The notes under the pieces were generated by a model, which was not told the origin of the DNA, made no database searches, and saw only the letters and a list, made by a program, of their open reading frames with translations. Of a DNA stretch of 64,000 bases, positions 19,152 to 27,972 are shown in pieces. The DNA is from a bacterium. Lineage in GTDB: Bacteria > Zhuqueibacterota > Zhuqueibacteria > Residuimicrobiales > Krinioviventaceae. Both the position numbers and the translations under genes were made by a program. Positions within the stretch are counted from its first letter, which is position 1. Each line of letters begins with the position of its first letter. The stretch covers positions 1,216,001 through 1,280,000 of the forward strand of contig CAXXMD010000002.1 in NCBI GenBank assembly GCA_963675755.2, written 5' to 3'.

Positions 19152-20468
19152 CTACTTTAAAGGTACTTCATTTTGTATTATTTGTTCAACAGTTTGTCTT
19201 TTACGAACAACCTGTATTTCACCGGATACCTTGAACAATATTTCGGGGGTTTGAGAGTATGAATTGTAATTGTGAAGAGCCATACCTGAACAATACGCAC
19301 CACTTCCACCAATAACAACATGATCACCAATTTCAGGATCAGCCATAACTCGTGGCACAATATGTCCGTGATCATCCAAACACTGAGAGTCACCGGTTTC
19401 ACAGCAACGTCCCACAACAACACGCTGGTCCAGTTCAGGATCAAGGTCATACAAATCAAATTCAGTAGATAATATCTCTCCGTCATGTTTTATAACATAA
19501 AACGGATGTTGCGATCCATATAATAACGGACGTGTGTTGGATTCCATACCACCATCCAAAACCAGAAAACGGAATCCATCTTTACCGGTTTGTTTTTTAT
19601 CGATTACCGTAGTTACCAGATACCCCGCATTTGCTATCATAAATGTACCCGGCTCTACTTCCATTACCAATTTACGACCGGTCTTTTCATAAAATGCTTT
19701 TAAATGCTCGGTAGCATATTTACCCAATTGCTCAATATCTGCTGCATGTTCATCGGGCATACGCGCTTCTTTAAAGCCGCCTCCAAAATTAATAGTGGTT
19801 GCTTTGGGAAACCATTTTTCAACAAATTCCAATTCACGATCAATACTGTCACGCCATTCATCAGGATCACCACCGGAACCTACATGATTATGGACCGTAT
19901 CAAACACCAAACCTTTTTCATTTGCAAATTTCATGGCATCATCCAGTTCAGTTATATGCACACCAAAACTGGCATATTTATCACCCGTATTGCGTGACTC
20001 GGATTCACCCGTACCTACACCGGGATGAATACGCATGGAAAGAACTATATCATTCTGTGATGCAAAATCTGCTATCAATTGCAGTTGACGCATGGAGCAG
20101 ACATTATATTTCAAACCTTCAAGGATCATTTGTTCCATGGCTTCGCGATCATCGCCCACGGGTACTTCTTGCGTGGTCAGCATAATATCTTTATAGGGAA
20201 TACCCGCCAGATATGCTCTGCGTACCTCATTCAAAGAACTGGCATCAATATGACAGCCTTGTTTGTGCAAGAGCTGTAATATAGCCATATTGGGATTGGC
20301 TTTCATTGCATAACTGACTTTGAGCCCATACGCATTTGGCATGGAAAGTACCTGATTGCACTTTTCAAGGATCAGTGCTTCGTCATATAAATAAAACGGA
20401 GTTTGAATTTCAGAAACAGTGCTGGCAATAACATCACCGGTAACCATTCCATAACCTGATAATAACAT
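19152..20468 (-). CDS. lysA: diaminopimelate decarboxylase
   Basis: YAMKANPN, HNHVGSG, NFGGGF, EPGTF, GRCCETGD, GAYC...NYNS; last gene of the dap operon. Confidence 0.9.
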   Translation of the reverse strand: MLLSGYGMVTGDVIASTVSEIQTPFYLYDEALILEKCNQVLSMPNAYGLKVSYAMKANPNMAILQLLHKQGCHIDASSLNEVRRAYLAGIPYKDIMLTTQEVPVGDDREAMEQMILEGLKYNVCSMRQLQLIADFASQNDIVLSMRIHPGVGTGESESRNTGDKYASFGVHITELDDAMKFANEKGLVFDTVHNHVGSGGDPDEWRDSIDRELEFVEKWFPKATTINFGGGFKEARMPDEHAADIEQLGKYATEHLKAFYEKTGRKLVMEVEPGTFMIANAGYLVTTVIDKKQTGKDGFRFLVLDGGMESNTRPLLYGSQHPFYVIKHDGEILSTEFDLYDLDPELDQRVVVGRCCETGDSQCLDDHGHIVPRVMADPEIGDHVVIGGSGAYCSGMALHNYNSYSQTPEILFKVSGEIQVVRKRQTVEQIIQNEVPLK

Positions 20469-20479
20469 ATAATTGTATC

Positions 20480-21712
20480 CTATTCTAATCTCAAATTTTC
20501 TTTAATACTTTTCACGGCGGCTTTAATATCATCCAAATGCCCAAAAGCGCTTAACCGGAAAAAGCCTTCACCACTGGCTCCAAAACCTGAACCCGGTGTA
20601 CCAACAACATGTGTCTCGGTTAACAATTTGTCAAAAAACTCCCACGATGTTAAACCATTGGGGGTTTTCATCCAGATATATGGAGCATTATCTCCACCAT
20701 AAACGGTTATTCCCAGTTCCTGTAAACCTGAACGAATGATTTTTGCATTGTTCATGTAATAGTCAACCAGTCCCATACATTCTTTCATACCCTGTTCTGA
20801 CAATGAAGCAAGGCCTCCCTCCTGCACAATATTGGCTGCTCCATTGAAAAAAGTAGATTGGCGGCGGTTCCATAATGCATTGACTTTTCCGGGGGCTGCG
20901 TCTTCAGTCACTAAAGCTTTGGGGACTATGGCCCAACCCAAACGAACACCGGTAAAACCGGCAACTTTGGAAAAGCTGTTAATCTCTATTGCACATTCTT
21001 TGGCACCTTCAACCTCGAATATTGATCGTGGTAATGACGGATCTTTAACAAATGACGAATACGCTGCATCAAAAATGATAACAGCTTTATTTTCGCGAGC
21101 ATAATCCACAAATGTTTTCAATTGCTCATGTGTTGCCACAGCACCTGTGGGATTGTTAGGGCTGCAGAGATAGATCAAATCTGCTTTTTGCTTTGGCAGA
21201 TCAGAGAAAAAGCCATTTTCTTCATTACATGGCATATAAATCAAACCATCATAACAACCTTTATCTACATTATAATCACCGGTTCGTCCGGCAATCACAT
21301 TGGTATCTACATATACCGGGTACGCTGGATCCTGAACTGCTACAACATTACTCTGCGCGAAAATTGATTGTATGTTGCCCGCATCAGGTTTTGCGCCATC
21401 ACTGACAAAAAACTCGCTGACATCCAGATCTACATTATAGGTTTTGTACAAAGCCTGCAAAGCTTCGCGTAACCGAACATCACCCTGTTCATCTCCATAA
21501 CCGGAATAGGTTTCAACATTTGCCAGCTTGTCTACACCCGAATGCAATCCTTTCACCACTTCCGGAGTGAGTGGTTCAGTGGTGTTTCCAATTCCCAGCT
21601 TCATGATCTTTGCGTTGGGATTATTTTCCAAAAACAACCGGGTACGTTTCGCAATTTCCGGAAACAGATAACCCGCTGCAAGTTTATTATAATTTGAATT
21701 TATTTTTGCCAT
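20480..21712 (-). CDS. dapL: LL-diaminopimelate aminotransferase
   Basis: GYLFPEI, LGIGNTTEP, YSGYGDEQG, SDGAK, CSPNNPTG, SFSKVAGFTGVRLGW, TPGSGFGASGEG. Confidence 0.95.
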   Translation of the reverse strand: MAKINSNYNKLAAGYLFPEIAKRTRLFLENNPNAKIMKLGIGNTTEPLTPEVVKGLHSGVDKLANVETYSGYGDEQGDVRLREALQALYKTYNVDLDVSEFFVSDGAKPDAGNIQSIFAQSNVVAVQDPAYPVYVDTNVIAGRTGDYNVDKGCYDGLIYMPCNEENGFFSDLPKQKADLIYLCSPNNPTGAVATHEQLKTFVDYARENKAVIIFDAAYSSFVKDPSLPRSIFEVEGAKECAIEINSFSKVAGFTGVRLGWAIVPKALVTEDAAPGKVNALWNRRQSTFFNGAANIVQEGGLASLSEQGMKECMGLVDYYMNNAKIIRSGLQELGITVYGGDNAPYIWMKTPNGLTSWEFFDKLLTETHVVGTPGSGFGASGEGFFRLSAFGHLDDIKAAVKSIKENLRLE

Positions 21713-21730
21713 AAAAAAATTTCCTTGTTG

Positions 21731-22585
21731 TCAAATTTGCGTTTCAAACACTTCTGGAACAATCACACCTTCACCAATCCGGGTTACCGGACCGGTCATC
21801 ACAATATCAAAATCTTCCGAGATTTTTATAGACAACACACCACCGGGAGAATGCACGGTGATATCATTATCACACAGTCCCAGCTTGTGTGCAACAGATG
21901 CCGCGGCACTACTGCTGCTTCCGGATGCCAGGGTGTACCCTGCACCGCGTTCCCATATTTCGATCTGAATATTGTTGCGATCAAGCACTTTTAAAAATTG
22001 TACATTAATCTTGTTGGGAAACATTTTATGTGTTTCCAGAACTGGACCATATTTTACAGCCAACTCTTTGGATATTTCATCCAGGGGCACAACACAATGG
22101 GGGTTGCCAATAGAGGCGGCACAAAAAGTAAATGTGCGGTCTAGCGCCTCTATCGGCTCTTGGATCACCTGACGGGGTTCACCGGCAACAGGTATTTCAT
22201 TGCTGGTAAAGGTAATCCGCCCCATTTCAACTGTTATACGTTTTCCATTATCCATCACTTTGGATTCGACCAAACCACCGGGCGTATCAATGGTAAAGGG
22301 TTTATCAGATACTTTTTTCATATCCCATAAATAGCGTGAAAAAATGCGCAATCCGTTACCACTTTTTTCTGCTTCACTGCCATCGGGATTATAAATTCTT
22401 AATCCGAATTCACCTTTATCTGAAGGCAGTGGACCGTACAAAATTCCATCCGAACCAATTCCAAAATTACGATGGCAAATTACTTTGATCTGGTGCTCGG
22501 TAAAACCCGGACCAAAATCAGCCGGATCGATCACAATATAGTCGTTACCTAAAGCATGATATTTATAAAATTTAATATTTTCCAT
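21731..22585 (-). CDS. dapF: diaminopimelate epimerase
   Basis: KYHALGNDY, NPDGSEAEKSGNG, GNPHCV, WERGAGYTLASGSS (Ser at both usual catalytic Cys positions). Confidence 0.92.
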   Translation of the reverse strand: MENIKFYKYHALGNDYIVIDPADFGPGFTEHQIKVICHRNFGIGSDGILYGPLPSDKGEFGLRIYNPDGSEAEKSGNGLRIFSRYLWDMKKVSDKPFTIDTPGGLVESKVMDNGKRITVEMGRITFTSNEIPVAGEPRQVIQEPIEALDRTFTFCAASIGNPHCVVPLDEISKELAVKYGPVLETHKMFPNKINVQFLKVLDRNNIQIEIWERGAGYTLASGSSSSAAASVAHKLGLCDNDITVHSPGGVLSIKISEDFDIVMTGPVTRIGEGVIVPEVFETQI

Positions 22586-22595
22586 TCATTCTCTC

Positions 22596-23489
22596 TTAGA
22601 TCAGATCCATATCTTTTAATACTGATGCCAATTTATCTTTACTTTCCTGCTTCATTCCCACCAGGGGTAATCTGACGTTTGCACCATCAATCTTGCCCAT
22701 CATTTCAAGTGCCGTTTTGGCTGGCACAGGATTAGTTTCTATAAAATTTATCTCCATCAGGTTTAATAATTTATAATGGAGCTCACGGGCCTTGTCCCAG
22801 TTGCCATCAAGGGCATAATGTACCATCTCACTCAACATTTTTGGAGTTTCGTTGGCAACTACGGAAATAATTCCATCACCACCCAGGGCCATCATAGCCA
22901 AAGAAATCGCATCATCTCCCGAAAGTACCAGAAAATCTTTAGGACGGTTCTGAAGGATTGCCATAATCTGGTTAAAATTACCGCTGGCTTCTTTAACAGC
23001 AATAATATTGGGGATCTGGGCTAAACGTAACGTTGTTTCAGCAGAGATATTGCTGCTTGTTCGGCCAGGAACATTGTACAAAACGACAGGAACATCGACA
23101 GCTTCTGCAATGGTTTTAAAATGCTGATACAGACCTTCCTGTGTCGGTTTATTGTAATAAGGTGCAACAGACAACACTGCGTCTGCACCGGCTCTTTCTG
23201 CAAACTTTGAGAGTGAAATTGCTTCGGTTGTAGAGTTACTTCCGGCACCACACAAAACAGGCACGCGACCATTCACATGCTCGATGGTGGTTTCAATAAC
23301 TTTTTGATGTTCTTCATGGGACATGGTAGCACTTTCACCTGTGGTTCCACAGGTCAAAATTACATCTGTTCCCTGTTCAATCTGCCAGTCCAATAATCGC
23401 TTATAACCTTCATAATCAATATCACCATTGCTCATAAACGGGGTGATGATCGCTACGGAAGAACCGCGAAATCTGGAAGCATCCATCAT
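22596..23489 (-). CDS. dapA: 4-hydroxy-tetrahydrodipicolinate synthase
   Basis: AIITPF, CGTTGES, PYYNKP, YNVPGRT, AVKEASG, LSGDD; start placed at 23489 after AAAGGA. Confidence 0.97.
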   Translation of the reverse strand: MMDASRFRGSSVAIITPFMSNGDIDYEGYKRLLDWQIEQGTDVILTCGTTGESATMSHEEHQKVIETTIEHVNGRVPVLCGAGSNSTTEAISLSKFAERAGADAVLSVAPYYNKPTQEGLYQHFKTIAEAVDVPVVLYNVPGRTSSNISAETTLRLAQIPNIIAVKEASGNFNQIMAILQNRPKDFLVLSGDDAISLAMMALGGDGIISVVANETPKMLSEMVHYALDGNWDKARELHYKLLNLMEINFIETNPVPAKTALEMMGKIDGANVRLPLVGMKQESKDKLASVLKDMDLI

Positions 23490-23506
23490 AACATCCTTTC
23501 TTTTTA

Positions 23507-24232
23507 TCATGACTGGTTCATGTCGTTCATAAAATCATCCATTGTAAAAATCCCCTTTTTCCCAATCAGCCATTCTGCGGCAAGCACAGCTCCAAATGCA
23601 AATCCTTCACGGCTATGTGCCTGATGTCTTAGAGTTATGGTATCGTAAGCAGAATCAAAACCGATTTCATGGGTACCCGGTATACGCCCAACCCGGGACG
23701 AGGTTACATGTAAACTTTTGGGGTCAATAACTCCATGACTGGTATCAAAAAAAGGTTTATCTTTATATTCTAAATTTTCGAGTAATACCTCTGTCAATTT
23801 TTTAGCAGTACCACTGGGGCTGTCTGCTTTGCCGGTATGGTGCCATTCATGCAAATAACAATCATAGCTATCCAGTTTACCCATGAGTTTTGCTGCCGCT
23901 TCTACAATTTTAGTAAACTGGTAGACGCCTATTGAAAAATTAGGGCTCGTTATCATGGTCAGATTCTCAATCGCAACAGCTTTATCATAATCATCCAGCC
24001 AGCCGGTAGCACCTTCTACAATGGGCACACCCAAACCGGCTGCTGTTTGCAGGTTATTCATAACTGCATCTGCAAGTGTAAAATCGATCAAAACCTCGGC
24101 TCCGTTAAGATCAGAATTTAAATTAAAAGGCTGATCAATATCAAATACTGCGTTTATGGAATGACCACGGGATTTAGCAATATCTTCTACCTGGTGCCCC
24201 ATTCGGCCATATCCTAAAATACCTAATTTCAT
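23507..24232 (-). CDS. dapB: 4-hydroxy-tetrahydrodipicolinate reductase
   Basis: GYGRMG, IDFT, GATGW, PNFSIGV, EWHHTGKADSPSGTA. Confidence 0.96.
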   Translation of the reverse strand: MKLGILGYGRMGHQVEDIAKSRGHSINAVFDIDQPFNLNSDLNGAEVLIDFTLADAVMNNLQTAAGLGVPIVEGATGWLDDYDKAVAIENLTMITSPNFSIGVYQFTKIVEAAAKLMGKLDSYDCYLHEWHHTGKADSPSGTAKKLTEVLLENLEYKDKPFFDTSHGVIDPKSLHVTSSRVGRIPGTHEIGFDSAYDTITLRHQAHSREGFAFGAVLAAEWLIGKKGIFTMDDFMNDMNQS

Positions 24233-24240
24233 AATAATCC

Positions 24241-25629
24241 TTAATTGTTCTCTGCAAAAATGTTTTTATCAAAATCGCCACCAAAGAAATAATCATGCAA
24301 AGATTTGATAACTTTTTCAAGATCAGATTCATCGATGACAAAACTGAGATTAATCTCTGATGCGCCCTGTGAAATAAGGTGTATACGCACATCATTTACC
24401 AGGTTAAAAATCTTGGCCGGCATTCCTGGCGTCCGTTTTAAATTTTCACCCACAAGGCAGACAATCGCATTATCGTGCGCCACATTCACAACAGCGAACT
24501 CGTTCAATTCCTGGGTAATTTTATCCAGATGCTCGGTATTATCTATGGTAATAGAAACACTGACCTCGGAAGTAGAAACAAGATCTACAGCTGTTTTATA
24601 TTTTTCAAATATATTAAAAATTGATGCCATAAAACCATGTGCCATCAACATGCGGGTACTGTGTACGGTTATTACCGTTAAAGCTTCTTTATATGCAATA
24701 GACTTGACAACACATTCTTCCTCGGTCATTTTATCAGATGGAGCAATTTTGGTCCCATCTTTTTCCGGGTGCATTGAATTCAAAACATATACAGGTACGC
24801 CTTTGGCAACTGCCGGTAACATGGTAGAAGGATGCAGCACTTTAGCGCCAAAATATGCCAATTCAGCAGCTTCATCAAAGCTCATTAACAATATACGTTT
24901 AGCTTCGGGCAGTAAAGAAGGATCAGCAGTTAAAACTCCACTCACATCTGTCCAGATTTCAACAGCTTCTGCACCTATCATGGCACCAACCAAAGATGCT
25001 GAATAATCAGAGCCGCCTCTGCCGAGTGTGGTTATCTTGCCGTTGCCATCGCGGCCTATAAATCCCTGCATTACAGGAATTTTACCTTCCTGTACAAACG
25101 GAATCAAAATACGTTGCGCATTTTCCGTTGAAGGGCCATCCTGCGGCATCGCACTGCCATAATTCGAGTCCGTTACCAATATGTCTCTGGCATCCGCCAT
25201 TATACCGTTCATGCCAATTTTATCCATATAAGCGGCAAGAATATTTGATGACAGGTATTCACCAATGCTCAGCAATTCATCAATGAGGTCTTTGGCAGGA
25301 TTACCGGCATAAGACAATGCCTCACAAACAGATTGAAGCTGTTCAATAGTATCATCCAGACGGAATTTCAAAAGCGTATTATCATCAACCTGTAAATCAT
25401 TAATAATCGTCTGATGACGATTTTTTATTTCAGACAAAATTTCTTTAACAGTTTCCAAATCACCTTTAACAGAAGTCTTGCTCAAAGCGACAAGGTTATC
25501 CGTAAGGCCGCCAACAGCAGATACAACAATTACAGGTGATTTATCTTGACGGGATTGAATGATTTCTGTAACCCGACGCATAGCTGCAGCATCGGCAACC
25601 GATGTTCCGCCGAATTTCATTACGATCAT
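24241..25629 (-). CDS. lysC: aspartate kinase (lysine-sensitive type, two ACT domains)
   Basis: VMKFGGTSV, TTLGRGGSDYSA, WTDVSGV..ADP, FGAKVLHP, STSEVSVS, QGASEIN. Confidence 0.96.
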   Translation of the reverse strand: MIVMKFGGTSVADAAAMRRVTEIIQSRQDKSPVIVVSAVGGLTDNLVALSKTSVKGDLETVKEILSEIKNRHQTIINDLQVDDNTLLKFRLDDTIEQLQSVCEALSYAGNPAKDLIDELLSIGEYLSSNILAAYMDKIGMNGIMADARDILVTDSNYGSAMPQDGPSTENAQRILIPFVQEGKIPVMQGFIGRDGNGKITTLGRGGSDYSASLVGAMIGAEAVEIWTDVSGVLTADPSLLPEAKRILLMSFDEAAELAYFGAKVLHPSTMLPAVAKGVPVYVLNSMHPEKDGTKIAPSDKMTEEECVVKSIAYKEALTVITVHSTRMLMAHGFMASIFNIFEKYKTAVDLVSTSEVSVSITIDNTEHLDKITQELNEFAVVNVAHDNAIVCLVGENLKRTPGMPAKIFNLVNDVRIHLISQGASEINLSFVIDESDLEKVIKSLHDYFFGGDFDKNIFAENN

Positions 25630-26622
25630 ATACTTGTTTCCTTTATTAATTTTCCAACAATATTCTCCAGATCCTGTACTCCACGTTCAAGATCAGATAT
25701 GCGAATATATTCATCATCACAATGAGCAACATCAATAGAACCAGGGCCATACAACAAGATTTTTCCAAGAGGACGCAGGTAAGAAGCATCAGATCCAAAG
25801 CTTACAATTGAATTTTCAAATCCATCAACAGTATAGAGATGTATAGGTTCGGATTCGCTCAAATAATCAACATCTATCTTTTCAACATCCAGTGTTTGAA
25901 TTATATTTTTAATTTCATTTACCGATGTAGCTACACGAAAAATACCTTCAACACTTGCAGTAGATGCAATGACATTCATACCACTGCCACCGGATATTTT
26001 TCCAAAATTCAGAGTAGTTTGTCCAAATACGGAATCACTAGCCCAATCTGTTTCCAGCCATTGGCCAATATATTTTATCAGACGGTGAATGGCTGAATCA
26101 CCCTTTTCGGGATTACAAGAATGCCCGCTTTTTCCAGACGCTGTAATACGAAATACAAGTGTACCTTTCTGTCCTGCAACCAGTTTGTTTTCTGTTGGTT
26201 CGCCAATAATCACATATTTGGATGGCAAATCCAAACGTGCTGCCATTTTGGCCCCATCAGAATCCAGTTCTTCACCCACAACAAAGAGCAAACCAAATTT
26301 TGTACACCTTGAGAACGCAAGCGATCACCGGTTTCAATCATAGCGGCAATCTGTCCTTTTGCATCACAAGCTCCTCTTCCAAATATCTTTTCATCTGTTT
26401 TACGATATTCACAAAATGGTAATACGGTATCCATATGTGAACTGAGAAGAACGATTGGAGCTTCATTTGTCAATGCAAGAACATTAATTCTGTTTTGAGC
26501 AACTGGCTGTGCAGTAACATGATAACCCTTTTGCTTTAGCAGATCCAACAAAATTGACCAACCTCCCCCTCCTGCAAGGAAGGTGATGGAATACAGATCA
26601 TATTTTCAAGTAAAGAGATCAT
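25626..26622 (-). CDS. M20 family metallo-amidohydrolase (ArgE/DapE/LysK-like), interrupted by two single-base deletions (near 26551 and 26296)
   Basis: Reconstructed 332 aa: MISLLENMICIPSPS...SHMDTV...GRGACDAKG...VVGEE...IIGEPT...GKSGHS...GSDA...GPGSIDVAH; each break is repaired by adding one T to a short T run; stop overlaps the lysC start (ATGA). Confidence 0.85.
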
Positions 26623-26637
26623 TGATCACCACTATAT

Positions 26638-26679
26638 AAAAAAAAAGGTTGAAAGAATGGAGAACCGTTTCAATCAACC
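26638..26679 (-). terminator. riboswitch expression-platform terminator
   Basis: Minus strand ggttga...tcaacc followed by T9, between the aptamer and the first gene. Confidence 0.7.
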
Positions 26680-26702
26680 AACTAATGAGTTATCAGCCTG
26701 TC

Positions 26703-26880
26703 AACTAATAGCGCTCCACGGCTTTTTTCTCCGTGACAGTCCGGCAGTTATTCACGTGCCGACCCAACAATACACAATTACAGTTGTATAAAGTTTCGGC
26801 CTGTTATCCTTTCACATGTTGTCTACAAAACTGCAATTTCTCAAACATGTATACTTTTATAACAAGCGCCTCTATCAAGT
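26703..26880 (-). ncRNA. lysine riboswitch (L-box)
   Basis: Minus strand shows the ordered consensus blocks GATAGAGGCGC...AGTA...GAAAGG...GCCGAA...TGGG...GAATA...ACTGTC...GGAGCGCTAT; P1 from acttgatag/ctattagt; lies upstream of the lysC-dap-lysA operon. Confidence 0.93.
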
Positions 26881-26885
26881 CAATA

Positions 26886-26914
26886 AACATACAAAAAATA
26901 GTATAAATTTGCAA
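26886..26914 (-). promoter_or_regulatory. promoter of the lysine operon
   Basis: Minus strand TTGCAA-N17-TATGTT, placing +1 at about 26879, the 5' end of the aptamer. Confidence 0.65.
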
Positions 26915-27033
26915 CCTCTTTGTTTGAAATTACAAGATATTACAAATGAAAATCATAAAAAATTTTAGATATCTGCAATATTTTTTACGATCTATTGTTT
27001 TAATCAAAAATCAAACATTAAGGGAGGAACAAC

Positions 27034-27231
27034 ATGTTAAATACAATTGGTGAATTATCTGGCATCATTTGGAAAGTTCTTGATGATAAAGGTGAACTTA
27101 CATTAGCCAAATTAAAAAAAGCAATAGATGCAGATGAATTTTCTCTTTACTCTGCACTGGGTTGGCTGGCAAGAGAAGATAAAATCAATATAGATAAATC
27201 CGGAAGATCAGTCAAAATATCACTAAAATAA
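27034..27231 (+). CDS. small winged-helix protein (DUF2582-like)
   Basis: IGELSGIIWKVL...ALGWLAREDKI; GGAGG RBS. Confidence 0.88.
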   Translation: MLNTIGELSGIIWKVLDDKGELTLAKLKKAIDADEFSLYSALGWLAREDKINIDKSGRSVKISLK

Positions 27232-27972
27232 TCAAATAAATTTTTCACGCTTTTGCAGGTTTAATAACCCAGCGAGCAGCATGAGGATTGTGGCGGATAA
27301 AATGTACAAGCGGTTCTTCATTTTCAAATCCGCCCATATCACCTCACTTATTTCTTCTGGTATATGAAAGGGATTTAAAAACAGATTCCATTCACTCTCT
27401 CTTAAAATTCCACTCAACACCCAAAATGCCATACCAAATGCAACCAAAATCACCATAGATCCAAAACCATTCCTGACCCAGGTCGACAGCATAAACGCAA
27501 AACACCCTATAAAAAAGATAGGAAACATGAGTTGATATACCATAGTGAGAATATGAAACTCGCTGATGGCTACAAAGCTAAGCAATGACAGAAAAATAAG
27601 CAAGGCAAAAACCAGTACATAAATAATTGCCATTCTAACCAGCCAGACTTTGTATCGGTAATCCGGAATACCAAAAAGAATTTCAATCATCCGGTTATCC
27701 ATATCGTGCTGTATACCAAATGTTGTTGGATAAAAAATGAGCAGCAGTCCGGGAAACAGCAATAAATAGTACACGGTTGCGGCATCCGGAACGGTATCGC
27801 TATTGAAAAATATCAGCAATCCAATCAACAGATAAAATACAAATGCTGCCAACAAGAAATAGATAAACAGATTGCCAAAAATGATCTTTAAATTGTATCG
27901 AACAATCTTGTTAATCAGTGAAAATGAATTCCGGATTTTTGCTTTATCTATAAACATTATCTTTTTTTCCAT
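27232..27972 (-). CDS. ABC-2-type permease-like membrane protein
   Basis: About 6 TM segments, LLLIFYPT...D.DNRMIEILF.IP; overlaps the end of the ABC ATPase frame; start may be ATG 27957. Confidence 0.75.
   Translation of the reverse strand: MEKKIMFIDKAKIRNSFSLINKIVRYNLKIIFGNLFIYFLLAAFVFYLLIGLLIFFNSDTVPDAATVYYLLLFPGLLLIFYPTTFGIQHDMDNRMIEILFGIPDYRYKVWLVRMAIIYVLVFALLIFLSLLSFVAISEFHILTMVYQLMFPIFFIGCFAFMLSTWVRNGFGSMVILVAFGMAFWVLSGILRESEWNLFLNPFHIPEEISEVIWADLKMKNRLYILSATILMLLAGLLNLQKREKFI

Noticed and set aside
25626-26622. M20 gene as a true pseudogene
   Set aside because: Both breaks are one-base losses in short T runs, all metal ligands are intact, and similar indels affect other genes; assembly error is more likely though unproven.
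14504-26880. One long lysine-regulated operon running from the riboswitch to 14504
   Set aside because: A hairpin with T tract (19105-19138) and a separate promoter and RBS (19075-19103) separate lysA from the CPBP gene; read-through is not excluded.
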